Virus record (IMG/VR): IMGVR_UViG_2840619991_000006
Coordinates: 32,001-96,000 of that record
Direction: 5' to 3' (one strand)
Length of the DNA: 64,000 nt
From: a virus
Lineage: Duplodnaviria > Caudoviricetes
Below the pieces are notes generated by a model. The model was not told the DNA's origin. It saw only the letters and a program-made list of their open reading frames with translations, and did not search any database. Positions 8,340-18,267 of the stretch are shown piece by piece. The translations under genes were made by a program, and so were the position numbers. How positions within the stretch are numbered: the first letter of the stretch is position 1; each line of letters begins with the position of its first letter.

Positions 8340-9132
8340 CCGCCCGCTCCTTAACCGCGCACAGGTGCGCTCCAGCCCCTAACGGTCCGGCCGCAGGGGT
8401 TCGGGCCGTGAAAGCGGGCTTCGGCCTGGCCCGACACCAGCACGGCCCGATGCTGGCACCAACAGGAGGCGAAGAGTGGATTGGATTCGCGACTGGACCC
8501 GATGGCTGCGCTGTCCGGGCGATTGGGGGAACTGGCCGCGTCCGCTGGATGACGCCGACCAGCCCCAGGTCGGACGCGATCCGCCCGACCGCCCCGGCAC
8601 CAAACGCGGGGCCGAACGCCAGGGCTCGCCGGTGCACAGGCCCAGCCTTGGTCAGTAGGTCCCAGCTTCGGCTCCCGCAATGCGCCGGGAATTGGCGGAG
8701 TAAGGGCGCGCCATCTCCTCAGCCGGAGGAGTCAAAACGGCCCCTCGCCCCCTTACCCGGCCTGACCGCTGGGTGGGGGTCGAGGCAGTAGAAGGGAATG
8801 GCGTCCCTTCCGCTGCACCAGGAAGAGGAGGACCGCACGCTTGAACTGATCCTGCTGGCGCTGCTTTGGGCGATGGGTGGGTTTCCCCCAGTCGCATCGG
8901 TCGGGGAGCCAAGGCAATACCCCGCGCAGCGAGCCAAGCCAGCACCACCGCCCAGCAGAAGGACGGCGGCAACCGCACCGAAACGGCCGGTGTATGGAGC
9001 CCGATCCTCTCCGGGCAGAACTCGACGATCTGACGAACAGAAAGCGCCAGCCGTTGCGGCTGGCCCCCGATCCCCCACCAAACAGACCAGCCGCAAGCCG
9101 CGGCACATCGCAAACCGAAAAGGAGAACGGGC

Positions 9133-9285
9133 ATGCCCGACGAAGACAGCGTGGTCACCAAGCCGACCCAGCTCGCCAGCGCCGAACCGACCGACGCCGA
9201 GATCGAATCCCTGGATCTCAACGACGGTGACGACGAGGACGGCGACGAGGACCAGGGCGGCAGCGAGCCGGACGAGGACGAGTAA
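9133..9285 (+). CDS. 50-aa highly acidic protein
   Basis: Not in ORF track. AAAGGAG RBS; MPDEDSVVTKPTQLASAEPTDAEIESLDLNDGDDEDGDEDQGGSEPDEDE. Confidence 0.7.
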   Translation: MPDEDSVVTKPTQLASAEPTDAEIESLDLNDGDDEDGDEDQGGSEPDEDE

Positions 9286-9415
9286 CGGCGGCCCCCGCCG
9301 GCCTGAATCGAGCCACCGGGCGCCATCCCGCCCGGCGGCTTCCCAGGACGCCCGGAGACGATCCGGACCTCCCGGCAAGCCGAACAGCAGCACCATCAAC
9401 AGGGGCGACATCGCC

Positions 9416-10120
9416 ATGGATCAGAACCAGACGCAGCCCACGGGGCAACCGAGATACGTCATCCACACGGACGCTGCGAACGCGGCCATGCACCTGATGT
9501 GCGGCTTCCGTTCGCTCGGCGTGGCGGGGGACGAAGAGGTGTGCACGCCCCACTCCCCCGAACTGCGCGCCCACCTTCAGGCGGTCCTCGGCCAGCTGCC
9601 GACCTGGGGACAGCGCGGGACCGAGCCGGTCCAGAACTACGCCGACTATCTCCGCGCTCTGGCCGATGTCCTGGCGCCCCCGGTCGCCGCCGAGGCGCAG
9701 GGGGCCGTTGAAGTTGAGACTTCCCAGCCGGACGTTACCCCGGTCGCGCCGGCGCCGACACTCTCCCCGGTCGAAGTGGCAAACCATCTCCTTGACCTCG
9801 CCACCGGGCGCTACATCCGACCCGAGCGTTGGGTGCTTGGCTCGGGACAGATTCCTGGTGAGCCGCGCCTTGCCGCATCGGTCACGGTCGAAATCTCGTC
9901 GCGCTCCGACACGACGAACTCCATCGGTGCATTCGTCACCGTGAAGGCCTTCAGCGCCGACTTCCACGGCACCCAGATTGCGTGCGGCTTCGATTTCGAC
10001 GCGGTGATCGCCGAGGCCAAGGAGAAGCTGGGCGCCCTGCCGACCACGGCGGACGTCGAGGAGCCCGCGGTGGAAGCGCCGTCGGCGCCCGAGGCCCCTG
10101 TGCCGAGTGAGGTGGCATGA
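9416..10120 (+). CDS. Phage hypothetical protein
   Basis: ATG at 9416 after AGGGG; codon bias starts here. Confidence 0.65.
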   Translation: MDQNQTQPTGQPRYVIHTDAANAAMHLMCGFRSLGVAGDEEVCTPHSPELRAHLQAVLGQLPTWGQRGTEPVQNYADYLRALADVLAPPVAAEAQGAVEVETSQPDVTPVAPAPTLSPVEVANHLLDLATGRYIRPERWVLGSGQIPGEPRLAASVTVEISSRSDTTNSIGAFVTVKAFSADFHGTQIACGFDFDAVIAEAKEKLGALPTTADVEEPAVEAPSAPEAPVPSEVA

Positions 10121-11856
10121 TGGCCGACTTCCGCCCGAACCGCGACCGCACCGACCTCCCCGCCGACGCCGAACGCTGCGCCACCATCTGCGCGCGCTTC
10201 CACCGCGGCATCGCCGCGAACTGCTTCGCGCGTGGCCTGACGCATGTCGGTCGCCGTCACGAACAGATCGCTGACCGGCTGGTCGCCCTCCGGAAGCCCA
10301 CCTCGATCACCATCCTCACCGCGCCGACGGCCGAGACCAAGAAGCGGAGGGCCGCATGATCGCCCTGCCTTTCTGCTCCGGCTTCAAGATCGGCGACCGC
10401 GTCAAACACGCCAGCGAGCTCGTCACGCTGCCGGCGGCGCAGATCGACCGGCTCAGCCCCTGCAGCAACGGCGTCGTCTTCGCCGAGACGTCGAGCTGGA
10501 GCGCTCCGGTGGATCGCATCCGCTTGGCCGGGCCGGGCTTCGCCGGGATGGTCAACGGTGGCGCCGCCGCCCTTCCGGTCGGAGGTGCCGCGTGACCAAG
10601 AAGCTGAACGAGCCGGAAATCTACTTCGTCGGCCAGAACGAGGTCGGCCCCCGGCACCCGACCGCCGGGTTCTACGTCGCGCCGCTCACCGCGGCGGGGC
10701 GTGCCGAAGGACCTTTCGCCAGCCGTGACCGGGCGGAAGAGTTCGCGCGAGGCCGGTCCATGGATCTGAGGGTGGCGTGATGGTTTCCCAGGACGCCATC
10801 GCCACCACGACCGCCATCGGCGCCGCTCTGCGCCAGCATGCGGACCGGGACGGCTACGTGCCGGTCGCCGCGCTGCGAGAACGGTTCCCGGTCGAGGTGC
10901 TGGCCGCTCATCTGCTGCCGGCTCTGGCACAGGTGAACCGGCACCGCGAAGCGGTGGGAGGCTGAACACTATGGCCGCGCGCTTCCGCTTCTACGCCGAC
11001 TTCACCGACAAGTGGGGCGAACTCCAGACCATCAACGTGCTGGCGGATTCGGCTGAAGATGCGGTGCGCCGCCTGCGCTGGGATGCCGGCAATTTCGCCA
11101 AGAATTTCAAGTTCCGCCCGGATTGGGACCTGATCGTCTTTGACGACGGGACGCTGATGCTCCGGACGGAGTGGGAACAGTTCAGGCGCCGGCAGGAAAT
11201 GCCGGCTGCCGCTGCGGAGTGAACCAGATGCCCAAACCTCCCTCCCCGGCGCAACTCGCCGCCCAGGTCGAGACCTGGAACAGCCAGAACCCTGTCGGCA
11301 CCAAGGTGGTCGTCCGCTGTGACGACGGCACCAGCCACATCACCGTCACGACCAGCGAGGCGTGGGTGCTGAGCGGCCACAGCGCCGTCATCCTGCTCAA
11401 GGGCATCTCCGGTTGTTACCTGCTGAATCGGGTGACCGCGATCAGCGCCGACCACACGGTGGAGCCCTGACCGCAATGGCCGCCACCTCCCAACACCACC
11501 ACGCCACGGTCTTCGAAAACCGCATCAACGGCAACGTCGTCGCCTCCGCCCAGGTGGTGATCTCCTTCAGCTACGCCGCCCTGCCCTCCCCTGCCGGAGC
11601 ACCCCTCGGCGGTACCGTGACGTTCCTCGGCGCGGACATCGTCTGCGGCCCCGGCACGTCGATCCGGAAGACCCGTCCGGCCCCACCTCACATCGATATG
11701 TGGGCCAAGCGCTACACCGCGGCGAACGCCGCCATCCTCATCGCCGAAGCGACGGCTGACCACGTGCCGCAGCAGTGCGGCGCCGGCCCTCAGAAGCTGC
11801 CGGTCGCTTCTCCCCACACCATCCCCTCCCCTGCCCTTCTCCAACACGGAGCCTGA
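10117..11856 (+). CDS. Run of seven small phage early genes (10117-10359, 10356-10595, 10592-10780, 10777-10965, 10971-11222, 11228-11470, 11476-11856)
   Basis: ATGA/GTGA overlaps or short gaps, GAGG RBSs, consistent codon bias. Confidence 0.65.
11802..11820 (+). repeat. Isolated copy of the replication iteron
   Basis: GGTCGCTTCTCCCCACACC identical to 30436-30454. Confidence 0.7.
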
Positions 11857-11861
11857 ATCCC

Positions 11862-12389
11862 ATGAACGCCATCTCCCGCCGCCTTTCCGCCGTATCGCCC
11901 CCCTGCACCAGCATGAGCGTGCCCAAGCGCGGCCGCCGCGCCACCGGGCGCCCGCTGCACAGCGAGGCCCCGAACCCCGTCGATATCCATGTCGGCGCCC
12001 GCGTCCGGCTGCGTCGCACCCTGCTCGGCATGTCGCAGGAGAAGTTGGGCGACGCCCTCCGCCTGACCTTCCAGCAGGTACAGAAGTACGAGCGCGGCGC
12101 CAACCGCATCAGCGCCAGCCGGCTGTTCGACCTTAGCCGCGTCCTGGACGTGCCGATCTCCTTCTTCTTCGACGACATGTCGGAGGCGACCATGGCGGCG
12201 GCGCCGGCGGAGGAGGTGTGCGCCTCCGGCATCGAAGCCGCCGAGCCGGACCCGATGGCCAAGCGGGAAACGCTGGAGCTGGTGCGCGCCTATTACCGCA
12301 TCCCCGATGCCGCGGTGCGCAAGCGCCTCTTCGAAATGACCAAGGTGCTGGGCAAGACCGGCGGCGACCAGTCCGGCGCCGAGGCCTGA
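11862..12389 (+). CDS. PraR/PhrR-family Xre regulator
   Basis: NPVDIHVGARVRLRRTLLGMSQEKLGDALRLTFQQVQKYERGANRISASRL...RETLELVRAYYRI. Confidence 0.9.
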   Translation: MNAISRRLSAVSPPCTSMSVPKRGRRATGRPLHSEAPNPVDIHVGARVRLRRTLLGMSQEKLGDALRLTFQQVQKYERGANRISASRLFDLSRVLDVPISFFFDDMSEATMAAAPAEEVCASGIEAAEPDPMAKRETLELVRAYYRIPDAAVRKRLFEMTKVLGKTGGDQSGAEA

Positions 12390-12419
12390 CGGGACCACCT
12401 CGACAGAAGGCAGCGCGCC

Positions 12420-13229
12420 ATGAACATGATCACCCGCCCGGCGCCTGAACCGGGCATCCACCGCATGCCTGAGGACGACTATCACGCCAGCCCGGGACTC
12501 TCGGTGTCCAAGCTGAAGGTCTTCGCCGATGCGCCGGCGAAAGCTCAGTTCGGTGAGCGGTCGGAAACCTCCTCGCAACGCTTCGGGAGCCTCATCCACT
12601 GCGCGGTGCTGGAGTCCGCCGACCTGGAAAACCGCTACTTCGTCTGCGACCTGGAGCGCCTGAACCCGCGTGACGGCGCCTATAAGGAAGCGCAGGCGAA
12701 AGCCGGTCACCGGACGCTGGTGAAGCGTCCCGATTGGGACGAGGCCCTTCGCATCCGTGATGCCGTCCACCAGCACCCCATCGCGCGGGAGCTGCTGGGG
12801 AAGAACCTCTTGGTCGAGCAGTCCTTCTACTGGAAGGACGAGATGACCGGTCTGCTGCGCCGTGGCCGCGCCGATGGCTTGCGTCCGGACATGCGGGTGA
12901 TCGTGGACCTGAAGTCCACCACCGACGCCAGCCGGTACGGCTTCGCCCGGTCGGTCGCGGAGTATCGGTACCACTGGCAGGACGCCTACTACCGTGACGG
13001 CATCAAGGCAATCGCCTGGGAGCCGGAAGCCTTCATCTTCCTCGCCGTCGAGAAAGAGCCCCCGTTTCTGGTCGGCGCCTATGAGGTGCCGGAGGAAGAC
13101 CTTCAGCGGGGCCGCGAGCGCGTCCGCGAAGAACTGACCCGCTATGCCGAGTGCGTCCGGACCAACAACTGGCCCGGCTACTCCGACACGCTCGAAACCC
13201 TTCATCTGCCCGAATGGGCGCACCGTTAA
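12420..13229 (+). CDS. recE: RecE/exonuclease VIII-like PD-(D/E)XK nuclease (DUF3799)
   Basis: YHASPGLSVSKLK, FGSLIHCAVLE, RGRADGL...IVDLKST, YHWQDAYY. Confidence 0.9.
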   Translation: MNMITRPAPEPGIHRMPEDDYHASPGLSVSKLKVFADAPAKAQFGERSETSSQRFGSLIHCAVLESADLENRYFVCDLERLNPRDGAYKEAQAKAGHRTLVKRPDWDEALRIRDAVHQHPIARELLGKNLLVEQSFYWKDEMTGLLRRGRADGLRPDMRVIVDLKSTTDASRYGFARSVAEYRYHWQDAYYRDGIKAIAWEPEAFIFLAVEKEPPFLVGAYEVPEEDLQRGRERVREELTRYAECVRTNNWPGYSDTLETLHLPEWAHR

Positions 13230-13243
13230 GAGAGGCATTCTCC

Positions 13244-14377
13244 ATGGCTCATTCCGCCATCGGCATGACTCCGCCCACCAAATCCGTAGCCGAGCTTCGC
13301 GCTGCCGGCAAGCAGACCGCGAAGCAGGCCGGCGGCAGCACCGTCGCCGCGTTCTTCGAGCTGAACAAGGACGCCATCAAGGCCGTTCTGCCCCAGCACA
13401 TGACGCCCGACCGGATGCTGAAGATCGCGCTCCGGGCGATGCGCACGACGCCGAAGCTGATGAACTGCACCCTCGACTCTTTGTTCGGTGCCGTCATCAC
13501 CTGCGCGCAGCTCGGCTTGGAGCCGAACACCCCGCAGGGCCACATCTACCTGATCCCCTTCGAGAACAGGCGAAAGGGCGTCACCGAGGTCCAGGTCGTC
13601 ATCGGCTACAAGGGTCTGCTGGATCTCGCCCGCCGCTCCGGCGAAATCGAGACCATCGCCGCTCGCGTCGCCTACAAGGGCGACGACTTCAGCATCGAGT
13701 ACGGCACGACCGACAGCATCACCCATAAGCCGAAGATGGAGGGGGATGTCGGCAAGCCTCTGGGCGTCTACGCGGTCGCCAAGCTGAAAGGCGGCGGCTA
13801 CCAGTTCGAGTGGATGTCCGTCGCGCAGGTCAACGAAATCCGCGACGGCTCCCAGGGCTACAAGACTGCCGTCCGGTACAACAAGACCGACACCCCCTGG
13901 GTCTCCAATTGGGAGGAGATGGCCCGGAAGACAGTCATCCGACGCCTCTGCAAATACCTCCCGATGTCGATCGAACTCGCGACGGCCGCCGCCCTCGATG
14001 GTCGTGCTGAAAAGGGCATGGACCAAGGGCTGGAGCATGTTCTGGACGGCGATTTCATGGTGCTCCCGGAAGACGCCACGGACGAAGCCTCTGGTGATCA
14101 GGCTGCTGAGAACGGCGAGCAGGACGCCGACGCTTCTTCGCCGCAGATCGAGAGCAAGCCGGAGCAGGCCATGCCGATGCCCACGGTGGACGAGCGCCAA
14201 GCCGAACGCGTCGAAACGGACAGCTCGGCAACCGCTCCCAAAAGCGCTGCTCAACCGAAGGCCGCCCGGCCCGCCAGCACCACCGCCTCGGCGCCGCCGC
14301 CATCGCCCACCGAAGACGCCATACCCGACCTCCCGGCGGATGACGACACCGACACCGGCAGCCTCTTCTCGGAGTAA
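13244..14377 (+). CDS. recT: RecT single-strand annealing protein
   Basis: AQLGLEPNTPQGHIYLIPF, IGYKGLLDLARRSG, EEMARKTVIRRLCKYLP. Confidence 0.95.
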   Translation: MAHSAIGMTPPTKSVAELRAAGKQTAKQAGGSTVAAFFELNKDAIKAVLPQHMTPDRMLKIALRAMRTTPKLMNCTLDSLFGAVITCAQLGLEPNTPQGHIYLIPFENRRKGVTEVQVVIGYKGLLDLARRSGEIETIAARVAYKGDDFSIEYGTTDSITHKPKMEGDVGKPLGVYAVAKLKGGGYQFEWMSVAQVNEIRDGSQGYKTAVRYNKTDTPWVSNWEEMARKTVIRRLCKYLPMSIELATAAALDGRAEKGMDQGLEHVLDGDFMVLPEDATDEASGDQAAENGEQDADASSPQIESKPEQAMPMPTVDERQAERVETDSSATAPKSAAQPKAARPASTTASAPPPSPTEDAIPDLPADDDTDTGSLFSE

Positions 14378-14383
14378 CCGACC

Positions 14384-16297
14384 ATGATGATGACTGCCAA
14401 CGTCCGCGCGTTCCAGATCCTGGAACGCGCCGACATCACCTTCGGCGAAGGCGTCACCCTGATCGCCGCCGAGAACAGCAACGGCAAGTCCTCCGTCGCC
14501 AAGGCCATCGCCGGCGCCATGGCCGGTGACCCGCTCCACGGCTATCTGAAGAAGGACGTCAAGGCGCTGGTGAAGGACGGCGCCAAGTCCGGCTCCGTCA
14601 TGGTCACTGGGCCGGGCGGCTCCATCTCGGTCTCCTATCCCAAGGCCGAGGTGAGCAGCACCGGCACCCCGCCCACGCTGGGGCGCATTGCCGCCGGCCT
14701 CGACTCCTTGGTGGACATCGACCAGAAGAAGCGTGGCTTGGTGCTGGGTGAACTGCTGAAGACGGCGCCGACCCGCGAGGATCTGGCCGCCGCCCTGGCG
14801 GATGCCGGCTTCAAGGATGAACCCGCCGCGGCGTCCATCAACAAGGCCCTGGAGGAGGCCGGGAAGACCGCCGATCCGGCCCTCTCCCTCATGGATTATG
14901 CCAAGCTCCTGAAGGCGGCCGGCGTCGGTCTGAACATCGTCCACTGGCTCTGGTGGCAGATCGAGACGCGCGGCTGGGACGGCGCCCTGAAGAAGCTTGA
15001 GGGCGAGCGCACCGAACTGAAGGGCCGTTGGGCCGAGGTATCCGGCGAGGCCTTCGGCGACCAGAAAATCCAGGACTGGAAGCCGGAAAGCTGGACGCCG
15101 GATCTCGCCGAGGTGTCCGCCGACGGCTTGCAGGCCGTTCTCACGGCGGCGAACGCGGCGCTGGAGACGGTTGTCGCCGAACAGGCGGTGGACCAGTCCG
15201 AATTCGACCGTCTCCGTGCCGATGCGGGCAAGCTCGACGCGCTGAAGGAGGCCGAGCAGGCCGCGAGCAAGAAGAAGCTCGACGCCGAGGTGGCGGTGGT
15301 CGATGCCGAGAAGGTGATGAGGGACACCGATCTCGCGGTGGCGAATCTGCTTCCGACGGAACTGGACAGCGGCCTGACCTGCCCCCACTGCCAGGGCAAG
15401 GTCCACTACCACCGTGGGGTCGGCGGTGAACGCCTCGACAAGGCGGAGCACGTCACCGACGACGAGCTGAAGAAACGTCGCTTGGAACAGGCGAGCGCCG
15501 AAGGGAAGCAGTCCAAGGCGCGCGGCGAACTCAATCAGGCGCGCAAGGCTCTCACGGATGCGCAGCGCGTTCTTGACGACGCCCAGCGCGCCGTGGCCGG
15601 AGCAGAGTCGGCGAAGCGGAAGCTTAACGACCTGGAGGCGCAGAGCGCCGGGAAATCCGGTTCTGCGGAAGCGGTGCAGAAGGCCCGTGACGCCGCGGCG
15701 ACCGCACAGCTCCGCCTCAGCCTCTTCCAGACCAAGGCCCGCGCCGATGCTCTGGCCCGCCAGATCACCTCGATGTCCACCATCATCGGCATCCTCGCGC
15801 CGACCGGGCTGCGGCAGGCCAACACGCAGAGGGTGCTCGACACCTTCAACGACGGCATGCTCCGCCCGCTGTGCGATGCCGCCGGTTGGAAGGCCGTCCG
15901 GATCGAACCGGACATGAGCATCAGCTACGGCGGCCGGCCCTACAGCCAGCTTTCCGGTCTGGGCCCGCAGCTTTCCTCTGACCAGTACCGGGTGCGCGCG
16001 ATCCTGCAGGTCGCCCTCGCCGAGCGGGCCGGCGATCGGCTGGTGATCCTCGACGCCGCCGACGTCCTGGACCAGAAGGGCCGCAACGGGCTGTTCGGCA
16101 TGCTGAAGCGCGCCGGCATGGCCGCTGTGGTCTGCATGACGTTCAGCGCTGCGGCGTTGAAGGGACGGAAGGTCCCGGACCTGGAGAAGGCCAAGCTCGG
16201 CCGGACCTTCTGGATCTGCGGCGGCGTCGCCCAGCCGCTGGCGGCGGTGACGGCTGCCCCCCCGCAGGCTGGCAGCCAGGCCGCCGAGGCGGCGTGA
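14384..16297 (+). CDS. SbcC/Rad50-like coiled-coil ATPase
   Basis: Walker A ENSNGKS, central CPHC zinc hook between coiled coils, signature QLSG, Walker B LVILDAAD. Confidence 0.8.
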   Translation: MMMTANVRAFQILERADITFGEGVTLIAAENSNGKSSVAKAIAGAMAGDPLHGYLKKDVKALVKDGAKSGSVMVTGPGGSISVSYPKAEVSSTGTPPTLGRIAAGLDSLVDIDQKKRGLVLGELLKTAPTREDLAAALADAGFKDEPAAASINKALEEAGKTADPALSLMDYAKLLKAAGVGLNIVHWLWWQIETRGWDGALKKLEGERTELKGRWAEVSGEAFGDQKIQDWKPESWTPDLAEVSADGLQAVLTAANAALETVVAEQAVDQSEFDRLRADAGKLDALKEAEQAASKKKLDAEVAVVDAEKVMRDTDLAVANLLPTELDSGLTCPHCQGKVHYHRGVGGERLDKAEHVTDDELKKRRLEQASAEGKQSKARGELNQARKALTDAQRVLDDAQRAVAGAESAKRKLNDLEAQSAGKSGSAEAVQKARDAAATAQLRLSLFQTKARADALARQITSMSTIIGILAPTGLRQANTQRVLDTFNDGMLRPLCDAAGWKAVRIEPDMSISYGGRPYSQLSGLGPQLSSDQYRVRAILQVALAERAGDRLVILDAADVLDQKGRNGLFGMLKRAGMAAVVCMTFSAAALKGRKVPDLEKAKLGRTFWICGGVAQPLAAVTAAPPQAGSQAAEAA

Positions 16298-16546
16298 GGG
16301 CGCCCGACATGCTCGCCACCCTCTCCCCTGCCCTTCCCACCGGCGAGGTGCCCTCAGCACCTCACCGCGCCACCCAGCTCACGGCCTCCTTCGCACACCA
16401 CCTCATCGATGCCGGCATGGCCGAAACCTACGACGCGGCCCTCTTCAGCCTCATCCATGTGCGGCGCTGGGGGATCGGTCGGTGGGGCTGGTCAAGCATT
16501 GGGAGCGGGTGCTGGGACTACCGCTGGACCCGAAGGACTGACCACT

Positions 16547-17206
16547 ATGGGCCGCTCCATTCACACCGCCTGCACCTTGTGCCGGAAGACCTTCAAGAAC
16601 CCGACACGCCTGCTGAGGCACCTCAGGGATGTCCACGGCGTCGTGACGGCGGCGGAGGTACCGGCATCGCCGCGCTCCGCCGGTACCCCGCCCGCGGCAC
16701 CGACCGGGATCGTCCACGTCTACACCGACGGCGGCTGCAATCCGAATCCCGGTCCCGGCGGCTGGGGTGTGGTCCTGATCTGGGGAAACACCGAAAAGGA
16801 ACTCTGCGGCGGTGACCTGACGACCACCAACAACCGGATGGAGATGACCGCCGCCATCGAGGCGCTGAAGGCGCTCACCCGTCCGGTCCATGTGCAGATC
16901 CACACCGACAGCCAGTACCTGCGCAACGGAATCATGAAGTGGATTGCTGGCTGGAAGCGGAACGGATGGAGAACAAAAGATAAGCAGCCGGTCAAGAACG
17001 CTGACCTCTGGATGGAACTGGACCGGCTCGTCGCCCTGCACACCGTCACCTGGACGTGGGTGAAGGGGCATGCCGGAAACGTCGGGAACGAGCGCGCCGA
17101 CAAGCTGGCTACCCGTCGCCGGAAGGAAGCCCTAAACCGACATCGCGCCGTCGCTGCGCCTACGCGCCGACCGGCTGCCCAGGAACTGGAGACCATCCAT
17201 GCTTGA
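16547..17206 (+). CDS. rnhA: Ribonuclease HI with N-terminal C2H2 zinc finger
   Basis: [43 protein letters not shown]...NERAD; N-terminal [22 protein letters not shown]. Confidence 0.92.
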   Translation: MGRSIHTACTLCRKTFKNPTRLLRHLRDVHGVVTAAEVPASPRSAGTPPAAPTGIVHVYTDGGCNPNPGPGGWGVVLIWGNTEKELCGGDLTTTNNRMEMTAAIEALKALTRPVHVQIHTDSQYLRNGIMKWIAGWKRNGWRTKDKQPVKNADLWMELDRLVALHTVTWTWVKGHAGNVGNERADKLATRRRKEALNRHRAVAAPTRRPAAQELETIHA

Positions 17207-18047
17207 TACCGCCCCCGTGAAGTGGCTCCCCTGGAAGATGCTGGTGGGTCGCTCCTCCGCCCCCTTTCCGACCGCGCGCGTCATCGTCGAGAGCGGCGCC
17301 CGGCACATCGAGGTGGTGGAGGATCTGTTCGCACCGGACGTCACCGACAGTCAGCGGGACCGGGCCTTTGTCCTCATGGCCATCGCCTCCGCGCTCACCT
17401 TCCGGGTGGTGACCAGATACCCGGCAGCGGCACGCCTCTACCTGTCGAAAGGAACGGTGGCCGTGTCGGAAGCAATCCGCCATGCGGCCCCACATCTCGG
17501 ACCAGCGGTGTCGGTTGGCCTGGATATCCCGTGGGTGTGGCTCCTCCTCCGCGCCTCCGCCCAGGCAGACCTCGACCAGGGCGTGCCCGAACTGCTGGAG
17601 ACGCCCGCCGCGCTGCGCGGGGTGCTGCTGGACGGGCCGGTGGAGAAGGTGGACCTGACGACACTTCCGTCGCGCTTTCGTGGCGATGATCGCCCTCTGT
17701 ATCGAATCGACGCCTTACGCGGGCAACATCGGTGCGGTCCGAGCGTCGTGTACGCGGGGACAAAGCTGGACTGGATCGTCCTCCGCGGCGCCACCGGCCC
17801 CAACGCCAAGCCGCTCCACCCTGACATCGCCCGGTCTGTCCGGGACCAGTGCCAGGATGCGAAAGTTCCGTTCTGCTTCGAAAGCTGGGGCGAGTGGTCG
17901 CCCGCGCCTCAAGGGGGAAATGCCGCGACCCTCGTTCATGACTGGCCGAACGGCGAGCGCTTTTTCAGGGTGGGCCAGCGGGCCGCCGTCCGCCTCCTCG
18001 ATGGCAAGGTCTGGGACGACATGCCGGAGGTGGCCCATGCAGGATAA
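17199..18047 (+). CDS. Phage Gp37/Gp68 (DUF5131)-like protein, degenerate
   Basis: [29 protein letters not shown]...[11 protein letters not shown]...[12 protein letters not shown]. Confidence 0.75.
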   Translation: MLDTAPVKWLPWKMLVGRSSAPFPTARVIVESGARHIEVVEDLFAPDVTDSQRDRAFVLMAIASALTFRVVTRYPAAARLYLSKGTVAVSEAIRHAAPHLGPAVSVGLDIPWVWLLLRASAQADLDQGVPELLETPAALRGVLLDGPVEKVDLTTLPSRFRGDDRPLYRIDALRGQHRCGPSVVYAGTKLDWIVLRGATGPNAKPLHPDIARSVRDQCQDAKVPFCFESWGEWSPAPQGGNAATLVHDWPNGERFFRVGQRAAVRLLDGKVWDDMPEVAHAG

Positions 18048-18267
18048 CGCCGCCGGGGAAACGACGAGCCTGACCATCCGCATTCCTGTCGTGCTCAAGG
18101 ATCGCCTCGAACGTGCGACCAAGGCAGGCCCCTACGAGATGACCATGACGAGCATTGTCCTGCGCGGCGTGGACCTTGCGCTCCAGGAGCTTGCCGCCAT
18201 GGAAGCGGCCCGAATTGCTCACGCTGCTGCCAACGGCTTCCAAGACATTGAGGTTTCCAATGCATAA
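18037..18267 (+). CDS. Arc/ribbon-helix-helix regulator
   Basis: SLTIRIPVVLKDRLERA...MTSIVLRGV. Confidence 0.6.
   Translation: MQDNAAGETTSLTIRIPVVLKDRLERATKAGPYEMTMTSIVLRGVDLALQELAAMEAARIAHAAANGFQDIEVSNA

Noticed and set aside
8342-8440. tRNA or hammerhead ribozyme
   Set aside because: Ends in ACCA and has GAAA, but no cloverleaf and no CUGAnGA core
8798-10120. 440-aa ORF as one protein
   Set aside because: The first 200 codons are low-complexity and overlap the better-supported acidic ORF; the likely start is 9416
13226-16360. 1044-aa minus-strand ORF and similar long antisense ORFs (11790-13238, 23726-25228, 51777-53516)
   Set aside because: Shadows of high-GC3 genes on the opposite strand; no motifs
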